Numbered from the stretch's first letter, positions 15,892 to 26,664 are shown. The stretch is 64,000 nt of DNA from Anaerovoracaceae bacterium (GCA_045639825.1 JAZUDV010000046.1:29231-93230), one strand, 5' to 3'. A program made the numbers and translations. The notes: generated by a model from the letters alone, not told the origin.

Positions 15892-18810
15892 TTATTCCCT
15901 ATTTATATCAGCCAGCTCGAACTTATCTATCCGTCTTACCGCAATTAATACCATAATTGTCGTTAGTATCACTGTGACTATCGCAGCTATTAGGCAGGCC
16001 ATAGCATCGGTAGTCTTAATCATTGCTGTTGCAGCATTCTCGAATGAACCAATAGTAGCTCTTCCTAACAGAGTTCCAACCACTGCACCAACGACAATAC
16101 CAACAATTCCGATGAAAATAGTATCTCTATAGATATATGCTTTGGCGTCCTTGACATCAAATCCATTTATCATCATTACAATCAGTTCAATGCGCTTCTC
16201 TTCAACAAACATTACAAACAGGTTGAGTAGTACCAGCAAAGTCATGATAGTCGCCAACAACATGTAAACGGCAACCAACGCCCCTGACACCGAAGTAAAT
16301 GCTTCAAAGAAATTCTCTGATTCTTTATAATAGTCATTAATATTGTAGAACCCATCAACTATTTTGAGTTGCTTATTAAGAGCTTTCTCTTGTGTTTTGT
16401 CAATATTAACAAGTGCTGCATTGTTTACAACATCAGCACCGAATTCTGCTCGATACACTTCAGGACTGAGCAGCACCAAGCCTCGTGTTAGATAACATTC
16501 CATAAACCCTGTCACTTTAAGCTTATGTATCTCTCTTTTGCTGTCTACCAATTCAATAGTATCGCCAGCCTTTGTTCCATATTCATTGGCATATGCGTGT
16601 GTCAACCACACGCCTTCCTGTCTTGTTCCTGCAGCGTCACCCATCTGATTAACCTTAACTAAATCATAGAATTCAGTGGCTTCAGATGTAAATATATCCA
16701 GTGATATCAGCTTTCCATCAGGTAATGTCATGGTAGCCATTTCCTTTTTTATGAAAGTATGACTCACTTCATTTTCACTCAGAATACTTGATATGCGCTC
16801 ATCTGCCCCATCACTATTCTCATCAAACAAGACAATTTCATTGAATTTGAACAACTCATCATACTGTTTCTGGAAACCAAGGACAATATTGTCCTTCAGC
16901 ATGATTGCACATACTATCATAGCAGTACAGCCTGCAATTCCAACTAATGTTGCAAAGACCCTTCTCTTATCATTGATAAAATTATTTACTATTGTTTTAG
17001 ACAGAAGTGACCGTCTCTTCCACACGCCTAATTTTTCAAAGAATCTAGCCTTATTGTGTTGTGGTGTCTGCCCAGTCAGTAACACAACAGCATCCTGTCT
17101 GAGAATCTTATAGCAAGCAATCCACGTACACAAGAATGTCAATGCTATTTCTACAGCAGCAATTGCTGCAGCGGTGCTCCAGTTAATATACATCTTGGCA
17201 GAATACAGCAAGTACTCCTTGGCAATAGACGCTGTGACTACACGCTCTACGAATAAAGCGCCTATTACTATCCCTAACACAATTCCCGTAATTACAGCTA
17301 TGCCTGAATAAGCAAAATAGAACGCATTTATTTCAGACTCCTTCATTCCAAAGGCCTTCTTGATTCCGATACGAGTATATTGGCTGTATATGATTCTTGA
17401 TACAGCAGAATAGCACACCAGCAATCCAACGATAAGGAACAGCATTGCCATACTATATCTTATCTTATCTATACACTCGCACACTATCTCAAGAGATGTA
17501 ATACCTACGTTGTATTCTCTTGTAGCTATCAGGCAATCATATTCAGTCAGCTCCTTCACTTCTTCCTTGAAGCTGCCAGCCTTCTCCTGACCGTCACTAT
17601 ACACATTTGCGAGCCTACTGATTTCACCTCTTCCCAGTTCAACTTTCTTTTTTAGAGAAGCAATAAGCTCGTCAAGTTGTTTTTTCGCGTCCTGACTTTT
17701 CTTCAATTCATCTTCCAATTTGGAAGCCAATATTACAGATGTAGGATCTTCTGTTTGATCTGGTGAAGAACTTGCACGAATACTCTTAAGCTGATTCTCT
17801 ATCTCAGTAATAGTTTTTATCAGCTTATCTTTCTTCTTCTCCAATTGCTGCAACTGTGTCTCTGCGTCCTGCAAGGAATTCTTTCCTTTGTTTATTCTGC
17901 CAAGAGCGTCTTCCAACTCTCTATCTATGGCTTCAGTTGTTTCATCTGCCTTGTCTTTAATTGAATTAAATCTGGCGGATGCAATTTCGCCAATATCGTC
18001 CGTAAGAGAATCTTTAAGTTTAATGCATGCATTCTTATATTCGCTACTATATGTATTCATGCCGCGAAGCCGATTGCTTCGAATATAGATATTGGTATGT
18101 CCACTGTATGCATTCTCACGAAATGACTCTTTAGCCATATATAACAAGCCATCAACAGGTTGCGCGCCATTAAGTGTACTGCCATAGGTGTTCTGTATAT
18201 CCATCACATATTGCATGCTTTCAACAGTCGCAGTAACAATGAACGTATCTGTAACCAGGTAGCCCGTATCTATGTCATAGACATCATTAGCTGTAATGCT
18301 ATCGGCATTTAAGTCCATTAACTTATTGAGCTTACTGCCATCAACAATTTCATCATCTATTACTTTAATAGAATCTCCAACCGCAATATCTTGTCTGGAC
18401 GCAAAATCTGATTCAAGCGCAACCTCGCCTACTTTATCCGGAAGACGACCTTCAATTACTATCGGCGTATTGATACTATTACAAAGCTCTTGTATTTTAA
18501 CTTGATAATCAACCTTGTCCTTATTATAGACTCCGTATGCCAGCTTAATTGTCGCTAATTCATCCACTCCCTCCATATTCCCAATCTGTTTGACATCGCT
18601 GTCTGTAAAACCGTATGGGAATATTAATTCATAGTCATAATAGTGCGTATCTTCCATCTGTCGATCTATGGCAGCACGTGTTCCATCACCCGTCCAGGAA
18701 AGACCAACAAAAATAGCCACCGCCAGTGCAACGAAAAACACTATCGAAACGAATGACACTTTGGATGACTTAATCGTATTTAATAATTCTCTCCTGTGAG
18801 TTCTCTTCAT
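15892..18810 (-). CDS. ABC transporter permease, FtsX/MacB type, 972 aa with a long coiled-coil extracytoplasmic insert
   Basis: N-terminal TM segment, then a large loop containing heptad-like text (LQQLEKKKDKLIKTITEIENQLK, KKQLDELIASLKKKVELGRGE), then two TM bundles. Immediately downstream of a MacB-like ATPase. Confidence 0.8.
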   Translation of the reverse strand: MKRTHRRELLNTIKSSKVSFVSIVFFVALAVAIFVGLSWTGDGTRAAIDRQMEDTHYYDYELIFPYGFTDSDVKQIGNMEGVDELATIKLAYGVYNKDKVDYQVKIQELCNSINTPIVIEGRLPDKVGEVALESDFASRQDIAVGDSIKVIDDEIVDGSKLNKLMDLNADSITANDVYDIDTGYLVTDTFIVTATVESMQYVMDIQNTYGSTLNGAQPVDGLLYMAKESFRENAYSGHTNIYIRSNRLRGMNTYSSEYKNACIKLKDSLTDDIGEIASARFNSIKDKADETTEAIDRELEDALGRINKGKNSLQDAETQLQQLEKKKDKLIKTITEIENQLKSIRASSSPDQTEDPTSVILASKLEDELKKSQDAKKQLDELIASLKKKVELGRGEISRLANVYSDGQEKAGSFKEEVKELTEYDCLIATREYNVGITSLEIVCECIDKIRYSMAMLFLIVGLLVCYSAVSRIIYSQYTRIGIKKAFGMKESEINAFYFAYSGIAVITGIVLGIVIGALFVERVVTASIAKEYLLYSAKMYINWSTAAAIAAVEIALTFLCTWIACYKILRQDAVVLLTGQTPQHNKARFFEKLGVWKRRSLLSKTIVNNFINDKRRVFATLVGIAGCTAMIVCAIMLKDNIVLGFQKQYDELFKFNEIVLFDENSDGADERISSILSENEVSHTFIKKEMATMTLPDGKLISLDIFTSEATEFYDLVKVNQMGDAAGTRQEGVWLTHAYANEYGTKAGDTIELVDSKREIHKLKVTGFMECYLTRGLVLLSPEVYRAEFGADVVNNAALVNIDKTQEKALNKQLKIVDGFYNINDYYKESENFFEAFTSVSGALVAVYMLLATIMTLLVLLNLFVMFVEEKRIELIVMMINGFDVKDAKAYIYRDTIFIGIVGIVVGAVVGTLLGRATIGSFENAATAMIKTTDAMACLIAAIVTVILTTIMVLIAVRRIDKFELADINRE

Positions 18811-18821
18811 CTATTGATATA

Positions 18822-19532
18822 CTACCAGTTCAGTTCGATTGCCTTAGCTTTATTCTCATTAATAATGATATTATCAATTCTTCCATCTCTAATTCTTACT
18901 ACGCGGTCAGCCATTCTGGTTATTTCCTCATTATGTGTTACCATCACCAACGTAGTTGCCTTGTTTGCCATTACACTCTCCAACACAGTAAGAACCTCTA
19001 TGCTGGTTTCATAGTCCAGTGCTGCAGTTGGCTCGTCTGCCAATATTACTTTGGGATTCTTAACCAGAGCCCTTGCAATTGACAATCTCTGCTGCTGCCC
19101 ACCCGAAAGTTGGGAAGGATAATTCTCTGCCTTAGTCTCAAGGCCTACCAGTTTCAGTACTTCGTCTGAGTCCATTGGATTATCAACCAATTCTGCTATT
19201 AGCTCCAGATTCTGTCTAGCGTTGAGATTATTCATCAAATTATAATTCTGAAAAACAAAGCCCGTGTTATTCCTTCTGTAGAAGGTAAGTTCCCTGCGTG
19301 ATGCAGCGCTTATATCCTGTCCAAGGAATGTAATGGTTCCATTGCTCAAACTATCCAGCCCTCCTATCAGATTAAGCATGGTTGATTTACCACAACCCGA
19401 TTCGCCAACAATGCACAAGAATTCCCCAACATAAATATCCAGATCAATATTCTTGAGTGCCCTTGTCACATTCTCACCATTAACATAATTCTTGGATACA
19501 TTATTCAAAATAATCAGTTTTTCTCTATCCAT
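18822..19532 (-). CDS. ABC transporter ATP-binding protein (MacB/LolD-like)
   Basis: Walker A GESGCGKST, signature LSGGQQQR, Walker B ILADEPT. Confidence 0.92.
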   Translation of the reverse strand: MDREKLIILNNVSKNYVNGENVTRALKNIDLDIYVGEFLCIVGESGCGKSTMLNLIGGLDSLSNGTITFLGQDISAASRRELTFYRRNNTGFVFQNYNLMNNLNARQNLELIAELVDNPMDSDEVLKLVGLETKAENYPSQLSGGQQQRLSIARALVKNPKVILADEPTAALDYETSIEVLTVLESVMANKATTLVMVTHNEEITRMADRVVRIRDGRIDNIIINENKAKAIELNW

Positions 19533-19550
19533 ACGATTCTCAGTATAATT

Positions 19551-20732
19551 CTATATCAAAGTAGATATAACAACCCCTACAAGTATTCCCAGTATGTTGC
19601 CTATGGACAGGCCTATTACACCACATAGCACTCCCGGTGTCATAAGCTTCTTGTCATCAAGAGTCTGTGCAATTGGTACGACAAAAGGCGGCCCGAATAT
19701 TCCTGCAATACTGGTTACTATCGACACCTCTGCGTCAACGTGAAATAACTTGCAAAATAGCATATGTACTACAGCAACCCCCAGCTGTACAACCAGGCAA
19801 AAGATAAAGACCGGCTTTATCGCAGTACTTATACTACTAAAATCTATGCTCATGCCCAGTCCCATCGAGAACACGAGTATCATGTATTGACCCAATCCGT
19901 AACTCCCCGGCACCATTCGAATCGGTCTAATCATTCCCCCTACAATTCCCAGAACAGATACTGTAATAATAATGAACAAACTTCCATCAAGATTACCATT
20001 TACCAGTATTTCCAGTAACACTCCAATGCCAAAGCACAACACAGCTAGCATGAAAACTGCCACGAGCTTAATAATACCAGACCCTCCAATCGATAATAAC
20101 CTTACGTTTTCATCTACATAGTCATTGTAAAGATCTGCGCATTCACTAATGCTTGAGTCTTCTCTGCTCATTACACGTCTTGAAGTACCCAGTGCATATT
20201 CATATATGTGCTTTCCGGTTGCAAGAATCAGCAAGAAGTACAAACTGCCTACTATTGTGTCTGACACAACGAGCGAACTAATTGCATTCATATCTCCATT
20301 CGTCAATGCATGCCCCACCGCAAGCAGGTTAGGAGTGCCTCCTATATACAAGCCCGTTGTCATTCCTGAATAAGCCCCTGCATTTTCCATTCCCATCTTC
20401 CCCGCTATCAAAGCTACGGAAGATGAGACAACAACAGTAGAAACAATTTGCAGGATAAAAGCCTTTACTACGCCTCCTGCAGCCTTACGAGTATCCAGGA
20501 TATTGAATCCAAAGAGCATAATTGGTATGGCTATCGCGACAATAACAGATGACAGCGTTGATGCGAACGACTTATCATATTGAAACGGCAATACGTCAAT
20601 TAGCAACCCCAAGGTGAAACAAAGTGTAATATTGCCCAGTTTCTTCAACTTTGGAATAGATTGTGTTAACCTAATAACCAATACAGGAATTAAGAATATC
20701 AATAAACATACAATAATATTACTCAGCATCAT
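19551..20732 (-). CDS. polytopic membrane protein (DUF819-like)
   Basis: 393 aa with about 11 hydrophobic segments. The DUF819 assignment is from memory of the family pattern only. Confidence 0.5.
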   Translation of the reverse strand: MMLSNIIVCLLIFLIPVLVIRLTQSIPKLKKLGNITLCFTLGLLIDVLPFQYDKSFASTLSSVIVAIAIPIMLFGFNILDTRKAAGGVVKAFILQIVSTVVVSSSVALIAGKMGMENAGAYSGMTTGLYIGGTPNLLAVGHALTNGDMNAISSLVVSDTIVGSLYFLLILATGKHIYEYALGTSRRVMSREDSSISECADLYNDYVDENVRLLSIGGSGIIKLVAVFMLAVLCFGIGVLLEILVNGNLDGSLFIIITVSVLGIVGGMIRPIRMVPGSYGLGQYMILVFSMGLGMSIDFSSISTAIKPVFIFCLVVQLGVAVVHMLFCKLFHVDAEVSIVTSIAGIFGPPFVVPIAQTLDDKKLMTPGVLCGVIGLSIGNILGILVGVVISTLI

Positions 20733-21843
20733 TTCCCTTTATTTTCTTATAATAGATTCTATATCTCCTACATATCTTTCCACCGGACTTCTCTACAGCC
20801 CTGCAGGATCTGACATTGTCTTCTACAATTGTACCCAATTCACAGTAATCATAATTGTGCTCAAGTGCCGAAGCCAGAGTAGCTGTGTACAAAGCATTCG
20901 TGATGCCTTTACCCTGATATTCAGGAATAACATATTGGAGCAATCCTCTGAACGAAGTAATCTTTCTGGATTCAACAAGATAAGAAATCAATCCCCTTAT
21001 ATCCATTCTTCCACGCATTTTTCTGAACACCTGGAAATAATCCGGTATAGACATGGTAAATCCTATTGGTTCGTCTGTCTCATCAGCACGCGCAATAAAT
21101 ATCAGGTTTGGATCCAAGAATTTCTTCCATCCCTTGAAAATCTTCAATATCATATCTCTGCTCGGTGCGTCCTGATAGATAACTTCATGATTAGCATGAT
21201 TCATAATCTTGCATACATCATCCACTTCCTTCTCAACCTGAGAGAAATCCGCCTTGTCTATATGATACTTGAAGTCTTTCATAGACTGTGCCGTCTTCTC
21301 TTGCATTATCGGAAGCTGTCCTCTATCTACCGAAGATGAAAACTCTAGTGTATCAATTTGCTTTATAAACCCAGCATCAATCATCTGCTCGTTGTAATAT
21401 GGAGGGTTATACGACGTGAGAATTAATGGTGGCCTATGGAATCCTTCAACCATTATTCCTCTTCTGTTATCCGGATCATGCGGAAAATATGTTCCTGATA
21501 TATATTCAGCACCCAGTGATTGAAGTCTGGCACTCATCTCTCCGAGAAGCAATCTGGACACTTCGAGATTGTCTATACACTCATACAATGAGAAAAAGCC
21601 GCACTTGTCAGTCTTCAACTGCTTATCCTTGCCTATTGTAAACAACACTCGTCCCAGCACTTTATTATTATCATCTACAACAACAAGTGCCGTATACTTC
21701 TTTCTCTCTATTACCAATTTATTTAGTGTCTTCTTAAGGTCGCCCCTCATATACGGAACGTAATTGGAGTCTCCCGCGTATAGACGATCCGGAAAATCAA
21801 TAAAATCCATTAATTTCTTCTTATTGACTTCAACAACTTTCAT
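20719..21843 (-). CDS. GNAT-like N-acetyltransferase family protein (large, ~370 aa type)
   Basis: 374 aa. The C-terminal RGLLQYVIPEYQGKGITNALY resembles the acetyl-CoA-binding motif (Q/RxxGxG/A). Overlaps the next gene by 14 nt. Confidence 0.55.
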   Translation of the reverse strand: MKVVEVNKKKLMDFIDFPDRLYAGDSNYVPYMRGDLKKTLNKLVIERKKYTALVVVDDNNKVLGRVLFTIGKDKQLKTDKCGFFSLYECIDNLEVSRLLLGEMSARLQSLGAEYISGTYFPHDPDNRRGIMVEGFHRPPLILTSYNPPYYNEQMIDAGFIKQIDTLEFSSSVDRGQLPIMQEKTAQSMKDFKYHIDKADFSQVEKEVDDVCKIMNHANHEVIYQDAPSRDMILKIFKGWKKFLDPNLIFIARADETDEPIGFTMSIPDYFQVFRKMRGRMDIRGLISYLVESRKITSFRGLLQYVIPEYQGKGITNALYTATLASALEHNYDYCELGTIVEDNVRSCRAVEKSGGKICRRYRIYYKKIKGNDAE

Positions 21844-21851
21844 TTTGAATG

Positions 21852-22796
21852 TTACTCTCCTTCGATTATAGCCAGCATCAGAACTCCGGTAATAATCATT
21901 ACCAGATACAGATACTGTTTCTTAGTCAATTTCTCCTTGAGCACTATTCTTGACAGCACCAGGGATACTACGCATACTGATGAAATGATTGGTGCCGCAA
22001 TAGCTCCGTTACCGCTCATAGCATACACATAAGTAAACTGTCCCGCAGTTTCACACACAGCGGCGATAATTTTGTCTTTCTGATTAGGCAGATTACCAAA
22101 TCTAACACCCTTGTATTTCAAGAATGCATATAACACAATTGCCGAAATCGCAAATGTCAATTCATATGAAGTGTTGGCAACATCTTCAATATTGGATTCC
22201 GTAATGCCAACAAGTGGACTGGTTGTAACCTCGAGATAATATATATCCAGGAAACTACCCAGGGCATCAAGAATCGCATAGCAGAACGGCATTGCAAAGG
22301 CTACAGCAGCAAGCTTCCTGCTTATTGTCTTATTCCTGCCATGTTCCTGACTGCGTTCAATATATCCAATACCTAGAATACCCACAACCATAATAGCAAT
22401 AGCAATCATAGATGAGCGAGAAACACTGCTACCAAGTATTGTTACACACAGCAGTGTGCATATAGCACCGGAAGTATTCTCAATAGGATCCGATATTGAC
22501 TCTTCTATGAATCTGCAACCGAAGAACGAGAGCGTCATTGAAAGGATATAACACAATGACACCGGTAAATACCTAATCAGATTGATTGGGTCATATGATA
22601 TGTGCTGGGTTGCCAATGTGAATAACGCATGTATTCCCATTACCGTTCCCACGCATATACATATCTTCAAATGTGCGTAGCGCTCATCAGGTCTTGCACC
22701 CTTCTTATAGAACAGCTCCGCAAGACCCCATATTATTGTTGTCGTTATGGCAAATATCAACCACATAATTCCAAAAATGAAGGCACTGCCTATCAA
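21852..22796 (-). CDS. DMT/EamA-like membrane transporter
   Basis: 314 aa, 10-TM-like. Start uncertain: TTG 22796 in the track, or ATG 22766 as an alternative. Confidence 0.5.
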   Translation of the reverse strand: MIGSAFIFGIMWLIFAITTTIIWGLAELFYKKGARPDERYAHLKICICVGTVMGIHALFTLATQHISYDPINLIRYLPVSLCYILSMTLSFFGCRFIEESISDPIENTSGAICTLLCVTILGSSVSRSSMIAIAIMVVGILGIGYIERSQEHGRNKTISRKLAAVAFAMPFCYAILDALGSFLDIYYLEVTTSPLVGITESNIEDVANTSYELTFAISAIVLYAFLKYKGVRFGNLPNQKDKIIAAVCETAGQFTYVYAMSGNGAIAAPIISSVCVVSLVLSRIVLKEKLTKKQYLYLVMIITGVLMLAIIEGE

Positions 22797-22838
22797 CAGC
22801 AGCGCCTTTAGTAACTAATCTCCTATACCGAATATCGT

Positions 22839-24500
22839 TTATTTGAATTCATCGAGACTGTTATCATCTTCTTCAGTAATGCCTGTTCCGACATAACCCA
22901 TTTGGCTGGTTCTGAATTCATTAATAATCTCATCAAAATCATATTCGAGTGTTGATGTATTTGCGTTCTTAACCGGATCCGTAGTTGGAATCATTTCAAA
23001 GATGTCATCAAATGCCGGTGAAATAATGCCCTTGCTGTCAGCGTCAGTCAATCCTGTACTCTCAAAAAAGTCCTCAATAGTATTTGCCGGTTCAGGTTCA
23101 GGTTCTGATGCTGATTCTAATTCTGATTCAGGCTCGCTATCAACATCAAATCTGATATCACTGCCAAAATCAGCATCAAGGTCAAAGTTTAATCCAAGCT
23201 GGGATTCAACCTCTTCATCCGGAATTCCGAATTTGATTGTCTGGCTTTCTCTCTCTGCAATATCATTGTCAAGAGATGTAACAGTTTCCTTGAGCTCATC
23301 GACTATGCTGCTGATCTCATCTTCATGAGGAGTAAACATTTCCAGCCCGGTAAGGGTGCTATCGAATGTATCTTCCTTGTCATCTTTGAAATCAATATCA
23401 TCCCAGTTAAATGAGATTTCGTTATATTTCCTGTCCAGATAGTCATCGACAATAGATAACTCTTCAGGTTCTGTCTCGAGCTCTGTTTCCGGCTCAAGCT
23501 CTGCCAATTCCTCAACAGCTTTCGCTTCTTCGTCCAGCGCTGGAATCTCAATTTCAGGTTTTGATAACGCCTCTTCAATAAAGTCATCGAACTCTAATGA
23601 ACCGACAGTATCATCAATCTTTTCTGTTTCCGGCTCAATTGCCTCATAAACAGCCTCTTCATCTTCTAGACTGATTACAGCCGGTGCAGGCATTGCTCCC
23701 GGTGCTTCAGGGATTTCCAGTGGCTGAGGTGCAGCTGCTGCTGTAATCTTATATTCGAACACAGCTTCCTGTTTCATTCCACGATTGATGATACGGATTC
23801 TGTCAGCTTTGCCATCAATGCTGTTAGCCTTAACAAGAATGTCAGCTGTCTCACCTGCTGTAATATCTATGCTTGCAGTCTGATCGCCGGCAGGTGGCAT
23901 ATCCCAATTTCCTGTTTCAGGATTGTATGCAGTATGGAAGAATCTAATCTTACCTACAGTTACATCAAAGTGATAATTGCAATCAGCGTCAACGCTAGGC
24001 AGCAAGCATTCACTCTGCTTGTCACCAATCTGACCTCTCAGATTAACTGTAGCCTGTGCTTTCTTATAAATCAGTCCCTTGTATTCTCCGGAATTCATTC
24101 TATTCTCGGAAATAATCAGAACATTACAATATGCATTATTAAGTACATAGTCTGTTGTCTTTCCCACCATGCTCAGTGTGTCAGAACGAGCAGACTTTGT
24201 CATTACAATATAGTCAGCATTGTACTCACGTGCCACCTTGACAATGCAAGGACCGGCTTTGCCTACGAATGCCTTTGTTACTACCTGATAGCCATCAAGC
24301 ACCTGCTTCATTACATCAAGCTTGCGTTCAACCAATGACAACGCAGCAGCTTCTTCTTCGCGAGTTGCCGAAATTCCGAGACTCTCATCAGACATCACAA
24401 GAATGATTTCTGCCTGTTCCTGAGTGAAATGCTTCTTAGCATATTGAAGAGCCAGCAAACTTCTGTCTGTCTCAACAAGAGGTAATACGATTTTTCTCAT
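22839..24500 (-). CDS. universal stress protein (UspA) domain protein with a long acidic disordered C-terminal half
   Basis: N-terminal ~135 aa are USP-like (IVLPLVETDRS...DYIVMTKSARS). A middle beta-rich segment follows, then ~290 aa rich in D/E/P. GGGAGA SD upstream. Confidence 0.7.
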   Translation of the reverse strand: MRKIVLPLVETDRSLLALQYAKKHFTQEQAEIILVMSDESLGISATREEEAAALSLVERKLDVMKQVLDGYQVVTKAFVGKAGPCIVKVAREYNADYIVMTKSARSDTLSMVGKTTDYVLNNAYCNVLIISENRMNSGEYKGLIYKKAQATVNLRGQIGDKQSECLLPSVDADCNYHFDVTVGKIRFFHTAYNPETGNWDMPPAGDQTASIDITAGETADILVKANSIDGKADRIRIINRGMKQEAVFEYKITAAAAPQPLEIPEAPGAMPAPAVISLEDEEAVYEAIEPETEKIDDTVGSLEFDDFIEEALSKPEIEIPALDEEAKAVEELAELEPETELETEPEELSIVDDYLDRKYNEISFNWDDIDFKDDKEDTFDSTLTGLEMFTPHEDEISSIVDELKETVTSLDNDIAERESQTIKFGIPDEEVESQLGLNFDLDADFGSDIRFDVDSEPESELESASEPEPEPANTIEDFFESTGLTDADSKGIISPAFDDIFEMIPTTDPVKNANTSTLEYDFDEIINEFRTSQMGYVGTGITEEDDNSLDEFK

Positions 24501-24570
24501 GTCTATCTCCCATTTCTTCTTATATTGCAGTACATTTTATTGTACCACTTATAAGCAGTAGTATTCAATC

Positions 24571-25464
24571 TTATTGTAAATTTGATTCGCCTTCGCTTCT
24601 GTCCCCCAGCTCACTGTAAGCTGTTGCGCCGAGAATCAGAACAGCACCCACAAGAACCCAGATTGACAAGTTTTCCTTAAGGAACAGCGCCGATAGCAGA
24701 CACGCCTCAACAGGGTCAATATAGCTGAGAATTCCAACTGTTGATGCCGGCATCTTGTTGACTGAATCAAAGTAGAATACATAGGCTATTCCGGTGTGTA
24801 CTATTCCCAGTGTCAGCAAACATATTATTCCTACAGTAGATATACTGATTGCTGAATAAGCATCAGTAGCCAGAGTATACGGAATCATGATTACCGTGAC
24901 GATTGACATCTGCATCACCGTTGTGTCAATGGTTGAGATGTCCTTCATATACTTGTTAATCAGTACAACCACAGCATAGAAGAAACCGCCGGCTATTCCG
25001 TACAATGCGCCCTTGAGTTCAGACAGATTAAATCCTACCTGAAGAACTCCGCTGACCATTATCATTCCCGCAAAGGCAACCAGGACACACATCCATTTTC
25101 TGAATGCTACCTTCTCCTTGAGCACAATTGCACTCATGATGATGAAGAATATCGGTTGCATATAGTAACACAGTGTTCCGGTTGCAACAGTAGTATATTT
25201 GAATGCCTCAAACTGACATACCCAATTCACGCACATGGAGGCTGAGCTAAGTGCGAGCCAACCAATATTGCGCTTAATCGCGTCCTTATCCAGGTTGTTC
25301 TTACTCAGTCCCAGATATATAGCAAGGATAAGAGCTCCTACGAAAGCTCTACCCAAGCAAATAATGCTCGACGGCATGTCTATGAAACGCGAAAGCGTTC
25401 CAATAGTGCCGAAGAGCATCATCGTTATAATGTACTGTAATCTGCTTGATCTAGCCATTATCAA
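24571..25464 (-). CDS. EamA family (DMT) transporter
   Basis: 297 aa, 10 TM, with a two-fold EamA-like repeat. Confidence 0.75.
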   Translation of the reverse strand: MIMARSSRLQYIITMMLFGTIGTLSRFIDMPSSIICLGRAFVGALILAIYLGLSKNNLDKDAIKRNIGWLALSSASMCVNWVCQFEAFKYTTVATGTLCYYMQPIFFIIMSAIVLKEKVAFRKWMCVLVAFAGMIMVSGVLQVGFNLSELKGALYGIAGGFFYAVVVLINKYMKDISTIDTTVMQMSIVTVIMIPYTLATDAYSAISISTVGIICLLTLGIVHTGIAYVFYFDSVNKMPASTVGILSYIDPVEACLLSALFLKENLSIWVLVGAVLILGATAYSELGDRSEGESNLQ

Positions 25465-25467
25465 GTA

Positions 25468-26664
25468 TTAGTCGTTAGTATAGTTATCGAAGTATCCCTG
25501 AATAAGAATTACAGGAGTACCCTTATCTCCGGAACCCGAAGTCAAATCGCAGAGAGATCCGATAAGGTCTGTCAGACGACGAGGTGTAGTTCCTTCGGAA
25601 GCCATATTTCCAACGAGGTCAGATTCCTTAGCCTTAATTGCTTCGGAAACAGCCTGCTTGAGAGCATCTCCTGAGAGATCTGCATAATCGTTATCAGCGA
25701 GATACTTGAGCTTGAGCTCATTAGGTGTTCCCTCGAGGCCCTTAGTGTATGCAGGTGATACTACAGGATCTGCAAGCTCCCAAATCTTTCCAACAGGATC
25801 CTTGAAAGCGCCATCTCCGTATACCATTACCTCAACGTTCTTACCTGTCTTAGCCTTGAGCTTAGCCTGAATATCCTCAACGAGTCCCTGGCAATCTCTT
25901 GGGAACAGCTTTACGGTATCCTCAGTTGCTTTGTTGGAACCTAGCAGTCCGTAGCTCTCATTGTATCCATTGCCATCAATGCTGGTATTCAGAATTTCAT
26001 CCATTCCATATACATTAGCACCCTTAGCCTTAAGGATTCTCTTAGTTCTAACTCTTGTATGAATATCGCATGTAATTACGTTATTGGTATATTTCAGAAT
26101 CTCTTCAGCATGGTTAGCGAAGATAATCTCAGCCTCTGCTCCCATTTCTCTGATAAGGTCGCCATAATACTTAACATAATCAACGCCTGTGAACTGATGC
26201 TTGTTCTCACCAAAGAGTTCTCTATATTTAGCCTCTGTAAGAACATCGCTGTATGGATTGATTCCGGCATCGTCAATCTGATCCATTGTAAGCAGTGCAT
26301 TGCCTACCTCATCTGAAGGATAGCTGAGCATCAGAACAACCTTCTTAGCTCCCTTAGCCATTCCTCTCAGGCAGATTGCAAATCTGTTTCTGGACAGAAT
26401 TGGCCAGATAATACCGATTGTCTCTCCACCGAGCTTATTCTTAACATCTTTAGCAATAGCATCAACGCTGGCATAGTTACCCTGGCATCTAGCTACGATG
26501 GATTCTGTCATTGCAACAACGTCCTTGTCACGCAGCTCAAACCCTTCTGACTCTGCGGCACCAAGTACGCTATCTACTACCATTGTTGCAAGATCATCAC
26601 CTTCACGAAATATAGGGCATCTGATTCCTCTTGAAACAGTTCCTACTCTTCTCTCATTACTCAT
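25468..26664 (-). CDS. CofE-like (F420-0:gamma-glutamyl ligase family) protein
   Basis: Start at MSNERR (ATG 26664) with GGGAGG 7 nt upstream. The N-terminus [21 protein letters not shown]...[17 protein letters not shown] fits the CofE-family fold pattern. Confidence 0.6.
   Translation of the reverse strand: MSNERRVGTVSRGIRCPIFREGDDLATMVVDSVLGAAESEGFELRDKDVVAMTESIVARCQGNYASVDAIAKDVKNKLGGETIGIIWPILSRNRFAICLRGMAKGAKKVVLMLSYPSDEVGNALLTMDQIDDAGINPYSDVLTEAKYRELFGENKHQFTGVDYVKYYGDLIREMGAEAEIIFANHAEEILKYTNNVITCDIHTRVRTKRILKAKGANVYGMDEILNTSIDGNGYNESYGLLGSNKATEDTVKLFPRDCQGLVEDIQAKLKAKTGKNVEVMVYGDGAFKDPVGKIWELADPVVSPAYTKGLEGTPNELKLKYLADNDYADLSGDALKQAVSEAIKAKESDLVGNMASEGTTPRRLTDLIGSLCDLTSGSGDKGTPVILIQGYFDNYTND

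Noticed and set aside
23089-23136. Hexanucleotide tandem repeat considered as a possible CRISPR-like or regulatory repeat
   Set aside because: The units are only 6 nt, have no spacers, and lie in frame within the acidic tail of the USP-domain gene. This is coding low complexity.
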